NCBI GenBank assembly: GCA_025934695.1
Contig: JAICWS010000005.1
Coordinates: forward strand, 146,206-210,205
Direction of reading: 5' to 3'
DNA: 64,000 nucleotides
Source: Alphaproteobacteria bacterium
Lineage (GTDB): Bacteria; Pseudomonadota; Alphaproteobacteria; Micavibrionales; UBA2020
How positions within the stretch are numbered: position 1 is the first letter of the stretch; each line of letters begins with the position of its first letter. This document shows positions 9,279 through 18,445 of this stretch, in pieces. The notes beneath the pieces are model-generated. The model was not told where the DNA came from, made no database searches, and worked only from the letters and a program-made list of their open reading frames with translations. A program made the translations under genes and the position numbers.

Positions 9279-10595
9279 ATGAGCGAACAGAAAATCTACA
9301 AACCCAAACCCATCAGCGGCTTTCCGGAGTGGCTGCCGGAGTATCGCGCGGTGGAACTGGAGTGGATGGACAAGATCCGCGCCGTCTTCGAAAGCTATGG
9401 CTTCTGCAACATCGAAACGCCCGCCGTGGAGGAAATCGACGCGCTCACCGCGAAAGGCGGCGAGACGGAAAAAGAGATTTACACGCTGACGCGCCTGCAT
9501 GCGGAGGAAGGCGACAAGGAAGCGCGCCTCGCCCTGCACTTCGACCTCACGGTCCCGATGGCAAGATATGTGGCGCAGCATTTCGGCGCGCTGTCGTTTC
9601 CCTTCAAGCGTTACCAGATGCAGAAATCCTGGCGCGGCGAGCGTCCGCAAAAGGGCCGCTACCGCGAATTCTACCAGTGCGATATCGACGTCGTGAACAT
9701 CGACGATTTGCCTCTTCATTTTGATGCCGAGCTGCCGGCCGTGCTGTTCGAGGCCTACCAGAAACTGGGCATCCCGCCCGTCGAACTGCGCATCAGCAAC
9801 CGCAAGATCATCATGGGATATCTGGCGGGCCTCGGCATCAACGATCCGGGCGTCGTCACGCGCACCCTCGACAAGCTCGACAAGGTCGGCCCCGACGGCG
9901 TCCTCAAGATGCTGGCCGCGGCCGGCGTGTCCGAGACAGTCGCGCAGAAAGCGCTCGCCTTCGTCAATATCAAGACGGCCGATTCAGGCTTCGCCGAGCA
10001 GGTGCAGTCGCTGGGCGTCTCGTCCGAGCTGCTCACGCAGGGCGTGGCGGAGCTGAAATTCGTGACCGACAACCTGTCGCACCTCCCCAAAGGTTCCATT
10101 GTTGCGGATCTCGGCATCATCCGCGGCCTCGATTATTACACCGGAACCGTGCTGGAAGCGCGCTTTCGCGAGGGCGATCCGCTGGCGATCGGCGGCGGCG
10201 GACGGTATGACGACTTGGCCGGTTCGTTTATCCACCAGAAACTGCCCGGCATCGGCGTCTCCATCGGCCTCACGCGCCTCTTCGGCCTGCTAATGGACAA
10301 GGGCGCCATCCAGCCAGGATCCAAGTCGCCGACGCAATTGCTGGTCGTCCTCCCTGAGGAAGCGCGGCGGGCTGAAGCCTCGGCGACCGCACAGAAACTG
10401 CGCACCCGCGGTTATAACGTCGAGCTTTATCACTCCGACACCAAGATCAAAAAGCAGCTCGCCTATGCCGAGAAGAAAGGCATTCCCTACGTGTGGTTCC
10501 CGCCCTTCAAGGACGGCCAGCCGCATGAGGTGAAGAATATGAAAAGCGGAGAGCAGGCGCAGGCCGATCCCGCCACCTGGGCTGAAAAAAAATAG
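9279..10595 (+). CDS. hisS: histidine--tRNA ligase
   Basis: 438 aa with class II aaRS motifs (FRGERPQKGRYREFYQCD-type block, GGGRYDDL). Confidence 0.93.
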   Translation: MSEQKIYKPKPISGFPEWLPEYRAVELEWMDKIRAVFESYGFCNIETPAVEEIDALTAKGGETEKEIYTLTRLHAEEGDKEARLALHFDLTVPMARYVAQHFGALSFPFKRYQMQKSWRGERPQKGRYREFYQCDIDVVNIDDLPLHFDAELPAVLFEAYQKLGIPPVELRISNRKIIMGYLAGLGINDPGVVTRTLDKLDKVGPDGVLKMLAAAGVSETVAQKALAFVNIKTADSGFAEQVQSLGVSSELLTQGVAELKFVTDNLSHLPKGSIVADLGIIRGLDYYTGTVLEARFREGDPLAIGGGGRYDDLAGSFIHQKLPGIGVSIGLTRLFGLLMDKGAIQPGSKSPTQLLVVLPEEARRAEASATAQKLRTRGYNVELYHSDTKIKKQLAYAEKKGIPYVWFPPFKDGQPHEVKNMKSGEQAQADPATWAEKK

Positions 10596-10666
10596 CGTCC
10601 GGATATTCACTTTTTTGAAAACCTGCTAGACTCATTCCCATGATTTTATTCGGGGATTCTAAATCT

Positions 10667-11248
10667 ATGAAACATACACTCGGGGTTGTCCTGTTTCTCG
10701 GCCTGCTCGTTTTCGCGCCCCTGCGCGCGGCCCAGGCCTATGTTTACATCCATAACGATGCCGAATACAGCATCGACCTGCCCGAGCCGCCGAAAGCTTC
10801 GACGATCTGGGCGGATCAGACCGATCCGATTCCCTTCCTCGACAACCCGCCCAAATACGGTTTCGTGGGCGAGCATGCCTGGCTCAAGCGCGCCGACAAC
10901 GACACGGGCGACACTTTTTCCGTCGACATCACCTTCCTCAAGGCCGACCGCGACTTCCTGCTGTCATTGACGAAGGAGAAGATGCTCGGCGCGCTGAAAG
11001 ACCTGTACAAGGACGTCAGCCTCGACAACGAGGAAGAGCATTTTTCCGCCGGCACCGACACGCTGAAATGGGCGACCATCACGGGCTTCTCGGTCGACAA
11101 GGCGAACAGCCTGCATTACAACGCCGCGCACTACCTGTCGGGCCTTGAAACCATCATGGTCATCCGGGTGGATTACAACGTCGAGAACACGACCTTCCAG
11201 AAGTGGTACGACACGCTGGCGAAATCCATCAAGTACGCCGGGAAGTAA
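10667..11248 (+). CDS. hypothetical exported protein
   Basis: Signal peptide MKHTLGVVLFLGLLVFAPLRAAQA. High GC3. Confidence 0.6.
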   Translation: MKHTLGVVLFLGLLVFAPLRAAQAYVYIHNDAEYSIDLPEPPKASTIWADQTDPIPFLDNPPKYGFVGEHAWLKRADNDTGDTFSVDITFLKADRDFLLSLTKEKMLGALKDLYKDVSLDNEEEHFSAGTDTLKWATITGFSVDKANSLHYNAAHYLSGLETIMVIRVDYNVENTTFQKWYDTLAKSIKYAGK

Positions 11249-11633
11249 AGGCGCGCACTGCTTCTACCATCGAAAAGAAGCCATTCCGGCGGTTCGGGCT
11301 CAGATGCTGGTCGAGTCCCAGGCTTTTGAAGGTGCCGTCGACATCGAGCGCCGCCGCTTCCGCCGCCGTTTTGCCCCGGAACATCGCGATCAGCACGGCA
11401 ATCAGGCCCTTGACGATCTGGGCGTCGCTGTCCGCCGCCATGGTGAGCTTGCCCTCACCATCCCACCCGAGGACGAGCCAGACCTGGCTCATGCAACCTT
11501 TGACTTTGGCGCCCTCGGTTTTCAGGGAATCGTCCATGGCGGGCAGGCTATTGCCAAGATCAATCAGGTATTTGTACCGGTCTTCCCAGTCGTCCAGCGC
11601 GGCGAAATTATCGGCCAATTCTTCTATAGACAT
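11229..11633 (-). CDS. sufE: SufE-family cysteine desulfuration protein
   Basis: FAALDDWEDRYKYLIDLG...KVKGCMSQVWL is the SufE signature with the active Cys. Confidence 0.85.
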   Translation of the reverse strand: MSIEELADNFAALDDWEDRYKYLIDLGNSLPAMDDSLKTEGAKVKGCMSQVWLVLGWDGEGKLTMAADSDAQIVKGLIAVLIAMFRGKTAAEAAALDVDGTFKSLGLDQHLSPNRRNGFFSMVEAVRAFTSRRT

Positions 11634-11823
11634 ATTACCGCTAAGCCTTTATTAACTGCCTACCCTGTTAAAATAAGGGTAAGCGCAGTATTACGCCATA
11701 AATTTGCGAATATCCACAAGCTGCTAGCGCCCTTATTGAGAATGGTTGGCAACCATCCGCAGGTGTTCTATCTTAAAGCTGTGAGCACTGGCGGGTGCCC
11801 GAAATAGAGAAGGAAAAAAGATA

Positions 11824-13140
11824 ATGAGCAAGACCGGGTCGGGGGACTCCAAGAATACGCTGTATTGCTCCTTTTGCGGCAAAAGCCAGCATGAGGTGCG
11901 TAAGCTTATTGCGGGCCCTAACGTATTCATATGCAATGAATGCGTCGAACTCTGCATGGATATTATCCAGGAAGAGGACAAGACCCAGCTCGTCAAGTCC
12001 GGCAAGGGGATTCCCACGCCGCGCGAGATCAAGAAAGTGCTCGACGACTATGTCATCGGGCAGGACCGCGCAAAGCGCGTCCTTTCGGTCGCCGTGCACA
12101 ACCACTACAAGCGCATCGACGAAGGCCTGACGAAAGCCTCGGAAGTCGAGCTTGCCAAGTCGAACATCCTGCTGATCGGCCCCACGGGCTCGGGCAAAAC
12201 CCTGCTCGCCCAGACGCTGGCGCGGATTCTTGATGTGCCGTTCACGATGACGGACGCGACGACGCTGACCGAAGCCGGCTACGTCGGCGAAGACGTCGAG
12301 AACATCGTCCTCAAGCTGCTGCAGAACTGCGACTACAACATCGAGCGCGCGCAGCGCGGCATCGTCTACATCGACGAGGTCGATAAAATCTCGCGCAAGT
12401 CCGACAATCCCTCTATAACACGAGACGTCTCCGGCGAGGGCGTGCAGCAGGCGTTGCTGAAGCTCATGGAAGGCACTCTGGCCTCCGTTCCCCCGCAGGG
12501 CGGACGTAAGCATCCCCAGCAAGAATTCCTGCAGGTGGATACGACGAACATCCTCTTCATCTGCGGCGGCGCCTTCGCGGGCCTCGAGAAGATCATCTCG
12601 CGCCGCGGCCGCCAGAACACGATGGGCTTCGGCGCCGCGGTGCAGGGCCCCGACGAGCGCCGCGCCGGCGAAGTCCTGCGCGAAGTGCAGACGGAAGACC
12701 TGCTGAAATTCGGCCTCATCCCCGAATTCATCGGCCGCCTCCCCGTCCTTGCAACGCTGGAAGATCTCGACATTCCCGCGCTGATCAAGATCCTCACCGA
12801 GCCGAAGAACGCGCTGACCAAGCAATACGCGCGCCTCTTCGACATCGAAGGCGTGAAGCTGACGTTCCAGGAAGACTCGCTGACCGAGATTGCCAAGAAA
12901 GCGATCGACCGCAATACCGGCGCGCGCGGCCTGCGCTCCATCCTTGAAGTGCTCCTGCTCGACACGATGTTCGAGCTGCCCGGCATGGAAGGCGTGGAAG
13001 AAATCGTCGTGAAGGCGGAAAACGTCGTCAACAACACGCCCCCTGTCCTCGTCTATTCCGAGAAGAAGAAGACCAAAGACAAGGAAGAAAAAGGCGGCAA
13101 GAAGAAAAAAGACGAAGAAGAAGCGGCCGCCGCTTCCTAA
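11824..13140 (+). CDS. clpX: ATP-dependent Clp protease ATP-binding subunit ClpX
   Basis: N-terminal zinc finger ([26 protein letters not shown]), Walker A at GPTGSGKT, and IGRLP. Carries an extra Lys/Glu-rich C-terminal tail. Confidence 0.97.
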   Translation: MSKTGSGDSKNTLYCSFCGKSQHEVRKLIAGPNVFICNECVELCMDIIQEEDKTQLVKSGKGIPTPREIKKVLDDYVIGQDRAKRVLSVAVHNHYKRIDEGLTKASEVELAKSNILLIGPTGSGKTLLAQTLARILDVPFTMTDATTLTEAGYVGEDVENIVLKLLQNCDYNIERAQRGIVYIDEVDKISRKSDNPSITRDVSGEGVQQALLKLMEGTLASVPPQGGRKHPQQEFLQVDTTNILFICGGAFAGLEKIISRRGRQNTMGFGAAVQGPDERRAGEVLREVQTEDLLKFGLIPEFIGRLPVLATLEDLDIPALIKILTEPKNALTKQYARLFDIEGVKLTFQEDSLTEIAKKAIDRNTGARGLRSILEVLLLDTMFELPGMEGVEEIVVKAENVVNNTPPVLVYSEKKKTKDKEEKGGKKKKDEEEAAAAS

Positions 13141-13165
13141 GCCTTCTCTTCCGCAAGAAATACAA

Positions 13166-13199
13166 AACGCCCCGGCCTCAAAACCGGGGCGTTTTTTTT
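13166..13199 (+). terminator. rho-independent terminator after clpX
   Basis: AACGCCCCGG-loop-CCGGGGCGTT followed by T8. Confidence 0.85.
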
Positions 13200-13214
13200 C
13201 ACACACGAAAAAAA

Positions 13215-13490
13215 CTAGATTGCCGCCGCGCGGCGCGGCCTGACCAGCGCGCGCAACATCGCGAGGTCGCGCAGCGACCCGCGCGTCTCGATCACGCGGT
13301 TGACGACGATATCGAGCGGCGCCATTTCCGACGGCTGGAGTCGGCGGCGCAGCGCGGCCTGGTATTGCAGTTTCTGGAGGTCACCCGGGGAGCCCGAGCG
13401 GGCATAATTTTCAGCGGCGATGCCGAAGCTGGTCTTCCCGACCAGCGTGCCGAAATAGGCCCTATGCCTTTTCCAGATAACAACACCCAT
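13215..13490 (-). CDS. hypothetical protein
   Basis: High-GC3 ORF. ATG 13490 has an AAGGGGA Shine-Dalgarno 7 nt upstream. I recognise no family. Confidence 0.45.
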   Translation of the reverse strand: MGVVIWKRHRAYFGTLVGKTSFGIAAENYARSGSPGDLQKLQYQAALRRRLQPSEMAPLDIVVNRVIETRGSLRDLAMLRALVRPRRAAAI

Positions 13491-13583
13491 CCCCAATCCC
13501 CTTGTCCGCTTTCATTTCGCGGGATTAGGCCAGTCTATCCGGGATACGTTAAATTTCGTTAAATATGGATATTGCATTCGGAA

Positions 13584-13621
13584 ATAAAAAACGCCCCGCC
13601 GATCACAATCCGGCGGGGCGT
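13584..13621 (-). terminator. rho-independent terminator downstream of the tiny ORF
   Basis: Minus strand reads ACGCCCCGCCG-loop-CGGCGGGGCGT followed by TTTTTATTT. Confidence 0.75.
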
Positions 13622-13644
13622 CGTTCGTTCAACCTAGAAGCCGG

Positions 13645-13719
13645 TTAGGGCTTCGGGCAACAGGGCTTCGGCGCTTGTTTCGCCGGGGCCTGCGGTTTTT
13701 GAGGAGCAGGTTTCGTCAT
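13645..13719 (-). CDS. 24-codon Pro/Lys-rich micro-ORF (MTKPAPQKPQAPAKQAPKPCCPKP)
   Basis: Below the ORF-track cutoff. GGAGG sits 5 nt upstream of the ATG and a terminator lies 20-25 nt after the TAA. Confidence 0.3.
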   Translation of the reverse strand: MTKPAPQKPQAPAKQAPKPCCPKP

Positions 13720-13944
13720 GAATGCCTCCATTTTTTTTGATGTTGATGTGTAAGCCTATTCAGGCTACGCCTCCCCCGCGGCGCGACAACCGGTGAATGA
13801 GACTTATTCGAAGGTCGCGCGGCAGTTCCCTGAAATCCCAGACAAAATATTTCCGCTTAAATTTTCATAATGAAAAATATTGGCATCGGCGTTTCATTTT
13901 GAACATCTGCGCTTATTGAAAAGACTCGGGGGGCGGAAGCAGAA

Positions 13945-14670
13945 TCAATTCCGCATCAGGATAATCGCCATGCATGCGCATAACCCCGCCTTCAATGCGG
14001 TCGATGCCTTCTGATCCTGTTCCAGCCGCGCATAAGCGACCTCAACGGCACTGAGGCCTGCCGCATAGGTGACCTTCTGCCCGGCATAAGAGGCCGTATA
14101 GGCCTCGGTCGTCCGTGCATAGGCGACGGCATGGGTATAGTGCCAGATGAACGCCCGCACGGCAGCCGCGCGTCCCATGGCGGCGGCGGCGGTGAGCGGC
14201 GTCCAGCCGCTGGCGTTCAGCACGTCGACCTTCAGCCCGTGCGCCACGCCGTCCTTCAGCTGCTGTTCGATTTCGTCGTCCGCCGACCATTTCGCCATGT
14301 ACTGCGCGAGCGTCGAGCCATGCGAGCCGGAACGGTCGTTCAGCTTCTTCGTCCCCCTGCCCTCCAGCGCTTCCTGGAGCCAGTGATTGGTCATGAGCCG
14401 CCCTGACACGGGCGACGCGGGCGCAGCGATATTGAAGGACGTGTCACCCTGTGCATCCGGTTGATGCGGATCAGCGCCCTGTTCAAGCAGCAGGCGCACC
14501 GTATCCTCGACGTCCCTGCCCTCGGCTTCCGCGGCGGCGCAATAATGAAGAACGGTCCAGCCCTTCGCATCGGCCACGTTTACATCGCCCGGCGTCGCCG
14601 CCAGCCAGTCGCCGACATGGACGAAACTATGCTTCGCCGCCTGCTCGAGGATGTCGGCGGTAAGCGTCAT
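13945..14670 (-). CDS. ankyrin-repeat protein
   Basis: ANK repeats (GWTVLHYCAAAEA...LLLEQGADPHQPDAQG; GWTPLTAAAAMGRAAAV). The ATG lies 1 nt after the creA-like stop. Confidence 0.8.
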   Translation of the reverse strand: MTLTADILEQAAKHSFVHVGDWLAATPGDVNVADAKGWTVLHYCAAAEAEGRDVEDTVRLLLEQGADPHQPDAQGDTSFNIAAPASPVSGRLMTNHWLQEALEGRGTKKLNDRSGSHGSTLAQYMAKWSADDEIEQQLKDGVAHGLKVDVLNASGWTPLTAAAAMGRAAAVRAFIWHYTHAVAYARTTEAYTASYAGQKVTYAAGLSAVEVAYARLEQDQKASTALKAGLCACMAIILMRN

Positions 14671-14671
14671 C

Positions 14672-15172
14672 TTACTTCAATTCCGGCTTGCCGGGCGCGA
14701 CGCCGTCCCAAGTCATCGGCGTGACCGCGCAGACCGAGGTCATGGGCGAGCCTTCGATGACGCGCTTGGTGCGCACGACGTAGACGAGCGTGTTGTTCGT
14801 CTTATCGTAGAGGCGGTTGATCTTGAGCGATTTGAAGATCAGCGAGCGGCTTTCGTCGAAGACTTCCTCGCCCTCTTCATCCGTGTCGATCTTGCCGGTG
14901 AAGGAGACGGGCCCCGTCTGCACACAGGAGACCGAGCCCAGGCTGGGATCTTCCGCGAGGCCGAGCGCGCCTTTCACGCCGCCCGTCTTGGGCCGTGCGA
15001 TGTAGCAGGTGATGCCCTTGATCTTCGGGTCCTCGAAGGCCGACACAACGATCTTGTGGTTCGGGCCGATCAGCTGGAACGCCGTGCTCACCGCCCCGAT
15101 CTCCCGCGGCGAGTCGGCCAGCGCGGCGGCTGAGAGAAGTGTCAGGGCGAACGCAAAAATTACTCTAAGCAT
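14672..15172 (-). CDS. CreA-family exported protein
   Basis: Signal peptide MLRVIFAFALTLLSAAALA. FQLIGPNHKIVVSAFEDPKIKGITCYIARPKTGG is typical of CreA. The ORF-track N-terminus (..IPAFAGMT..) is a translated repeat element. Confidence 0.8.
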   Translation of the reverse strand: MLRVIFAFALTLLSAAALADSPREIGAVSTAFQLIGPNHKIVVSAFEDPKIKGITCYIARPKTGGVKGALGLAEDPSLGSVSCVQTGPVSFTGKIDTDEEGEEVFDESRSLIFKSLKINRLYDKTNNTLVYVVRTKRVIEGSPMTSVCAVTPMTWDGVAPGKPELK

Positions 15173-15212
15173 ATACGGACTCCAATTGTAGGTGGCCTTC
15201 TCGACCCGGAAA

Positions 15213-15281
15213 GTCATCCCGGCGAAAGCCGGGATCTCCGGATTTATAAACAGCGGAGATGCCGGCTTTCGCCGGGATGAC
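15213..15281. repeat. palindromic hairpin-repeat element (full, two arms)
   Basis: GTCATCCCGGCGAAAGCCGGGATCTCCG / CGGAGATGCCGGCTTTCGCCGGGATGAC around TTTATAAACA. Same family as 9094..9201. Confidence 0.8.
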
Positions 15282-15285
15282 AAGT

Positions 15286-15572
15286 TTATTTGAGTATCTC
15301 GTCATATAAATCATTCCACTCGGGATTTTCTTTTTCAATCAGCTCGATCTTCCAGGCGCGCTTCCATTCCTTGACGCATTTTCCCGGTGAATGGCATCCC
15401 TGACATCGTCATAAGGCTCGAAGTAAACAAGCCGTGTGCAATTGTATTTCTTCGTAAAACCTGGCTTTACTTTACTGCGGTGCTGCGTCACACGAGTGAC
15501 CAGGTCGTTCGTAACGCCCGTGTATATTACGCCATATTTCTGGTTGGACATGAAGTACATGTAATACGGCAT
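15286..15572 (-). pseudogene. GIY-YIG nuclease family (UPF0213-like) gene with a 1-nt frameshift
   Basis: N-terminus reads YYMYFMSNQKYGVIYTGVTNDLVTRVTQH. The frame breaks in the A-run near 15378-15385. A shift of one nucleotide restores EKCVKEWKRAWKIELIEKENPEWNDLYDEILK*. Confidence 0.75.
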
Positions 15573-15577
15573 TTAAA

Positions 15578-15608
15578 CTCCGGAGATCCCGGCTTTCGCC
15601 GGGATGAC
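15578..15608. repeat. hairpin-repeat half element
   Basis: CTCCGGAGATCCCGGCTTTCGCCGGGATGAC, in direct orientation with the right arm at 15254-15281. Confidence 0.75.
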
Positions 15609-15661
15609 TTTCATTTTGAGATTCCTTTACTCAAAAACGACGCCCGCGACGCCGGCAAGCA

Positions 15662-17011
15662 CTACACGTTCAGCAGCAGGTTCTCGCGTTCCCAGGAGGA
15701 GATGACGGTGTTGTAGGCCTTGAACTCCGCTTCCTTGATCGCGATGTAGCTTTTCACGAAGCGCTCGCCCAAGAGCGCATTGAGCGGCTTGCAGGCCTTG
15801 AACTTCTTGAGCGCGTCGGCCAGGTGGTAGGGGAGCGTGTGCGGCTTCTTGTAGGCGCTGCCCTTGATTTGGTCGGTGGGCTCGATCTCCTCGATGAGGC
15901 CGAGGAAGCCACAGGCCAGCGTGGACGCGATGGTCAGGTACGGATTTCCGTCGGCGCCCGGCAGGCGGTTTTCGACGCGGCGGTTCTCGGGCTTCGAGAC
16001 CGGAACGCGCAGGCCCGCAGTGCGGTTGTCGAGGCCCCATTCGACGTTGATCGGGCTGTCGGTCTGCTTGTGGCCGAAGCGGCGATAGCTGTTCACGTTC
16101 GGCGCGAAGAGCGGAATAGCGTACGGCAGGTAACGCTGCAGCCCGCCGATATAATTGCGGAAGAACTCGGTATCCGCGCCGTTGTCGTTCGAGAACAGGT
16201 TCTTGCCCGTCTTGCGGCTGACCACCGACTGGTGGACGTGCATGGCCGATCCCGGCTCGTTCTGCATCGGCTGCGCCATGAAGGTCGCATAGACGCCGTG
16301 GCGCATCGCGACTTCGCGCGAGGTGCGCTTGAACAGGAAGGCCTGGTCGGCGAGCTCGACCGGATCGCCGTGGTTGAAGTTGACCTCGATCTGCGCGGCA
16401 CCCGCTTCGTGCGACAGGGTATCGATGTCGACGTTCTGCTTTTCGCAGAAGTCATAGACATCTTCGAAGATCGGATCGAATTCGTTGACGGCGTCGATGC
16501 CATACGCCTGGCGGCCGATTTCCTGGCGGCCCGAGCGCCCGACCGGCGGCTGCAGCGGCAGGTCGGAATCCGTGTTCACGGCGACGAGGTAAAATTCCAG
16601 CTCGGGCGCCACGACGGGCGTCCAACCGCGTTTCTCATACTCGCCCACCAGCATCTTGAGCAACTGGCGCGAGGAGATCGGCACCGGCGTGTCGTCGGAG
16701 TAGTAGGCGTCGCAGATGATCTGCGCCGTCGGTTCGGAATACCAGGGCACAAGGCGCACGGTATTCATGTCAGGCGTGATATACACGTCTCCATATGTCG
16801 GCGAAATATGGTCGTCGAGGTCGTCGGGATAGTCGCCCGTGACGGTCTGGACGAAAACGGATTCTGGCAAGGGCATGCCGCGCTCGCGCAGGATGCGCAG
16901 GAGCTTGTCGGCGGGAATGATCTTCCCGCGCGCGATGCCGGACATATCAGGGACAAGACATTCCACTTCCGTTATTTTGTGTTCCCGGATAAACTCTTCT
17001 AGCTTGTCCAC
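15662..17011 (-). CDS. glutamine synthetase family protein (gamma-glutamyl-amine synthetase, PuuA-like)
   Basis: 449 aa with GS beta-grasp and catalytic blocks (VAPELEFYLV, HEAGAAQIEVNF, SAMHVHQS, NRTAGLRVP). Confidence 0.88.
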   Translation of the reverse strand: MDKLEEFIREHKITEVECLVPDMSGIARGKIIPADKLLRILRERGMPLPESVFVQTVTGDYPDDLDDHISPTYGDVYITPDMNTVRLVPWYSEPTAQIICDAYYSDDTPVPISSRQLLKMLVGEYEKRGWTPVVAPELEFYLVAVNTDSDLPLQPPVGRSGRQEIGRQAYGIDAVNEFDPIFEDVYDFCEKQNVDIDTLSHEAGAAQIEVNFNHGDPVELADQAFLFKRTSREVAMRHGVYATFMAQPMQNEPGSAMHVHQSVVSRKTGKNLFSNDNGADTEFFRNYIGGLQRYLPYAIPLFAPNVNSYRRFGHKQTDSPINVEWGLDNRTAGLRVPVSKPENRRVENRLPGADGNPYLTIASTLACGFLGLIEEIEPTDQIKGSAYKKPHTLPYHLADALKKFKACKPLNALLGERFVKSYIAIKEAEFKAYNTVISSWERENLLLNV

Positions 17012-17039
17012 GGGTTTTCTCCCTCAGATATGAAAAAGC

Positions 17040-18332
17040 ATGCTCCACAAAAATGAACGTGAGGATATCTACAATATCCCCTGGTATGCTTTATCGGCCA
17101 ATCGATTGATTGCGACTTTAGGCACTCTCAAGAGTGAAATCAACTGCGATATTTGCGTGGTTGGCGGCGGTTTTACGGGCATTTCCGCGGCTTTGGAGCT
17201 TGCCTTGAAAGGATTTTCCGTCACTCTTCTGGAAAGCCGCAGCATCGCGTTCAGCGCCTCGGGAAGAAACGGCGGGCAGATCATCCGCGGCTTCGCGAAG
17301 GGCATCGGCTGGATGACATCGAAGTACGGCGCGAGCGACGCCGGCTTCATGAACAAGGTTACGATGGAGGGCCTCGCGCTCCTCCTCAACCGCATCTCGA
17401 CCCACGGCATCAAGTGCGACCTGAAGCTGGGCCACCTGACCGCCGCCATGAACAAGCATCACATCGCCGACCTCCGGGCCGAGAAGGAAGCCTGGAAGAA
17501 AATCGGCTACGACGATCTCGAAATGCTCGACGAGCGCGCGGTGCAGGACATCGTGAAGACCAAGAGCTATATCGGCGGCCTCTTCGACCCCAAGGGCGCG
17601 CATTTCCATCCCATCAACTACGCGCTGGGGGTGGCGCAGGCGGCGCAGAAGGCCGGCTGCCGGATTTACGACGAAACGCAGGTGCTCGAGGTCATTCCCG
17701 GCGAGGCCCCGAAGGTTGTCACGGCGCAGGGCAAGGTCAACTGCAAGTTCGTCGTGCTGGCCGGCGTCACGAACGTCAAGGGCGCGGAAATACTGGCGCG
17801 CCGCTCTATCACCGCGACCGCGCATATGATCGCGACGGAACCTTTGGGCCTGCGCCGCGCGCGCAACCTGATGAGCAAGGACGTGGCCGTGTCGGACGCG
17901 CGCTTCATCATGGATTATTACCGCTTCTCGGGCGATTACCGGCTGCTGTTCGGCGGCAACTGCAATTACAGCGACATGGACATCCCCGGCCAGGACGAGC
18001 GCCTGCGCCAGCGCATGACGAAAATATTTCCCGCCATGCGCATGGTGCGCATCGACCATTGCTGGCGCGGTCCTCTGGATCTCACCGTCAACCGCATGCC
18101 CGATGTGGGGCGCCTCACCCCGCAGATCTATTACGCCCACGGCTTCGGCGGCCAAGGCATCATCGCCACCAATATCATCGGCAAAATCCTGGCCGAAGCC
18201 ATCGGCGGGCAGGCCCAGCGCTTCGACGTCTTCGCCAAGGTCAAGCACCGCGATTTCATGGGCGGCGACCTGCTCAAGCGCCCACTGTTCGTGGCCGGGA
18301 TGACCTGGTTCAAGCTGAAGGATTTGGGGTAG
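17040..18332 (+). CDS. FAD-dependent oxidoreductase (PuuB/DAO-like)
   Basis: DICVVGGGFTGISAALELALKG dinucleotide fold. Divergent from the PuuA-like gene. Confidence 0.88.
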   Translation: MLHKNEREDIYNIPWYALSANRLIATLGTLKSEINCDICVVGGGFTGISAALELALKGFSVTLLESRSIAFSASGRNGGQIIRGFAKGIGWMTSKYGASDAGFMNKVTMEGLALLLNRISTHGIKCDLKLGHLTAAMNKHHIADLRAEKEAWKKIGYDDLEMLDERAVQDIVKTKSYIGGLFDPKGAHFHPINYALGVAQAAQKAGCRIYDETQVLEVIPGEAPKVVTAQGKVNCKFVVLAGVTNVKGAEILARRSITATAHMIATEPLGLRRARNLMSKDVAVSDARFIMDYYRFSGDYRLLFGGNCNYSDMDIPGQDERLRQRMTKIFPAMRMVRIDHCWRGPLDLTVNRMPDVGRLTPQIYYAHGFGGQGIIATNIIGKILAEAIGGQAQRFDVFAKVKHRDFMGGDLLKRPLFVAGMTWFKLKDLG

Positions 18333-18445
18333 GCCCGAACCAAGCTGCAAAAGGCATTTTTTGCCTGTTTAAGGTTTTAAAAAAATCTATTATTCTAAGG
18401 AGGTTGAGTTTTGGGACTAAACCTTAGATCAGGGTATTTTACGGA

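Noticed and set aside
11700-11823. A sigma-32 heat-shock promoter upstream of clpX.
   Set aside because: There are only partial matches to CTTG-N17-CYTATNT (GTTGG ... CTATCT). That is too weak to call from sequence alone.
15173-15283. N-terminal extension of the CreA-like ORF (..IPAFAGMTFRVEK..).
   Set aside because: It is a translation of the palindromic repeat at 15213..15281. A canonical signal peptide starts at the internal Met (15172).
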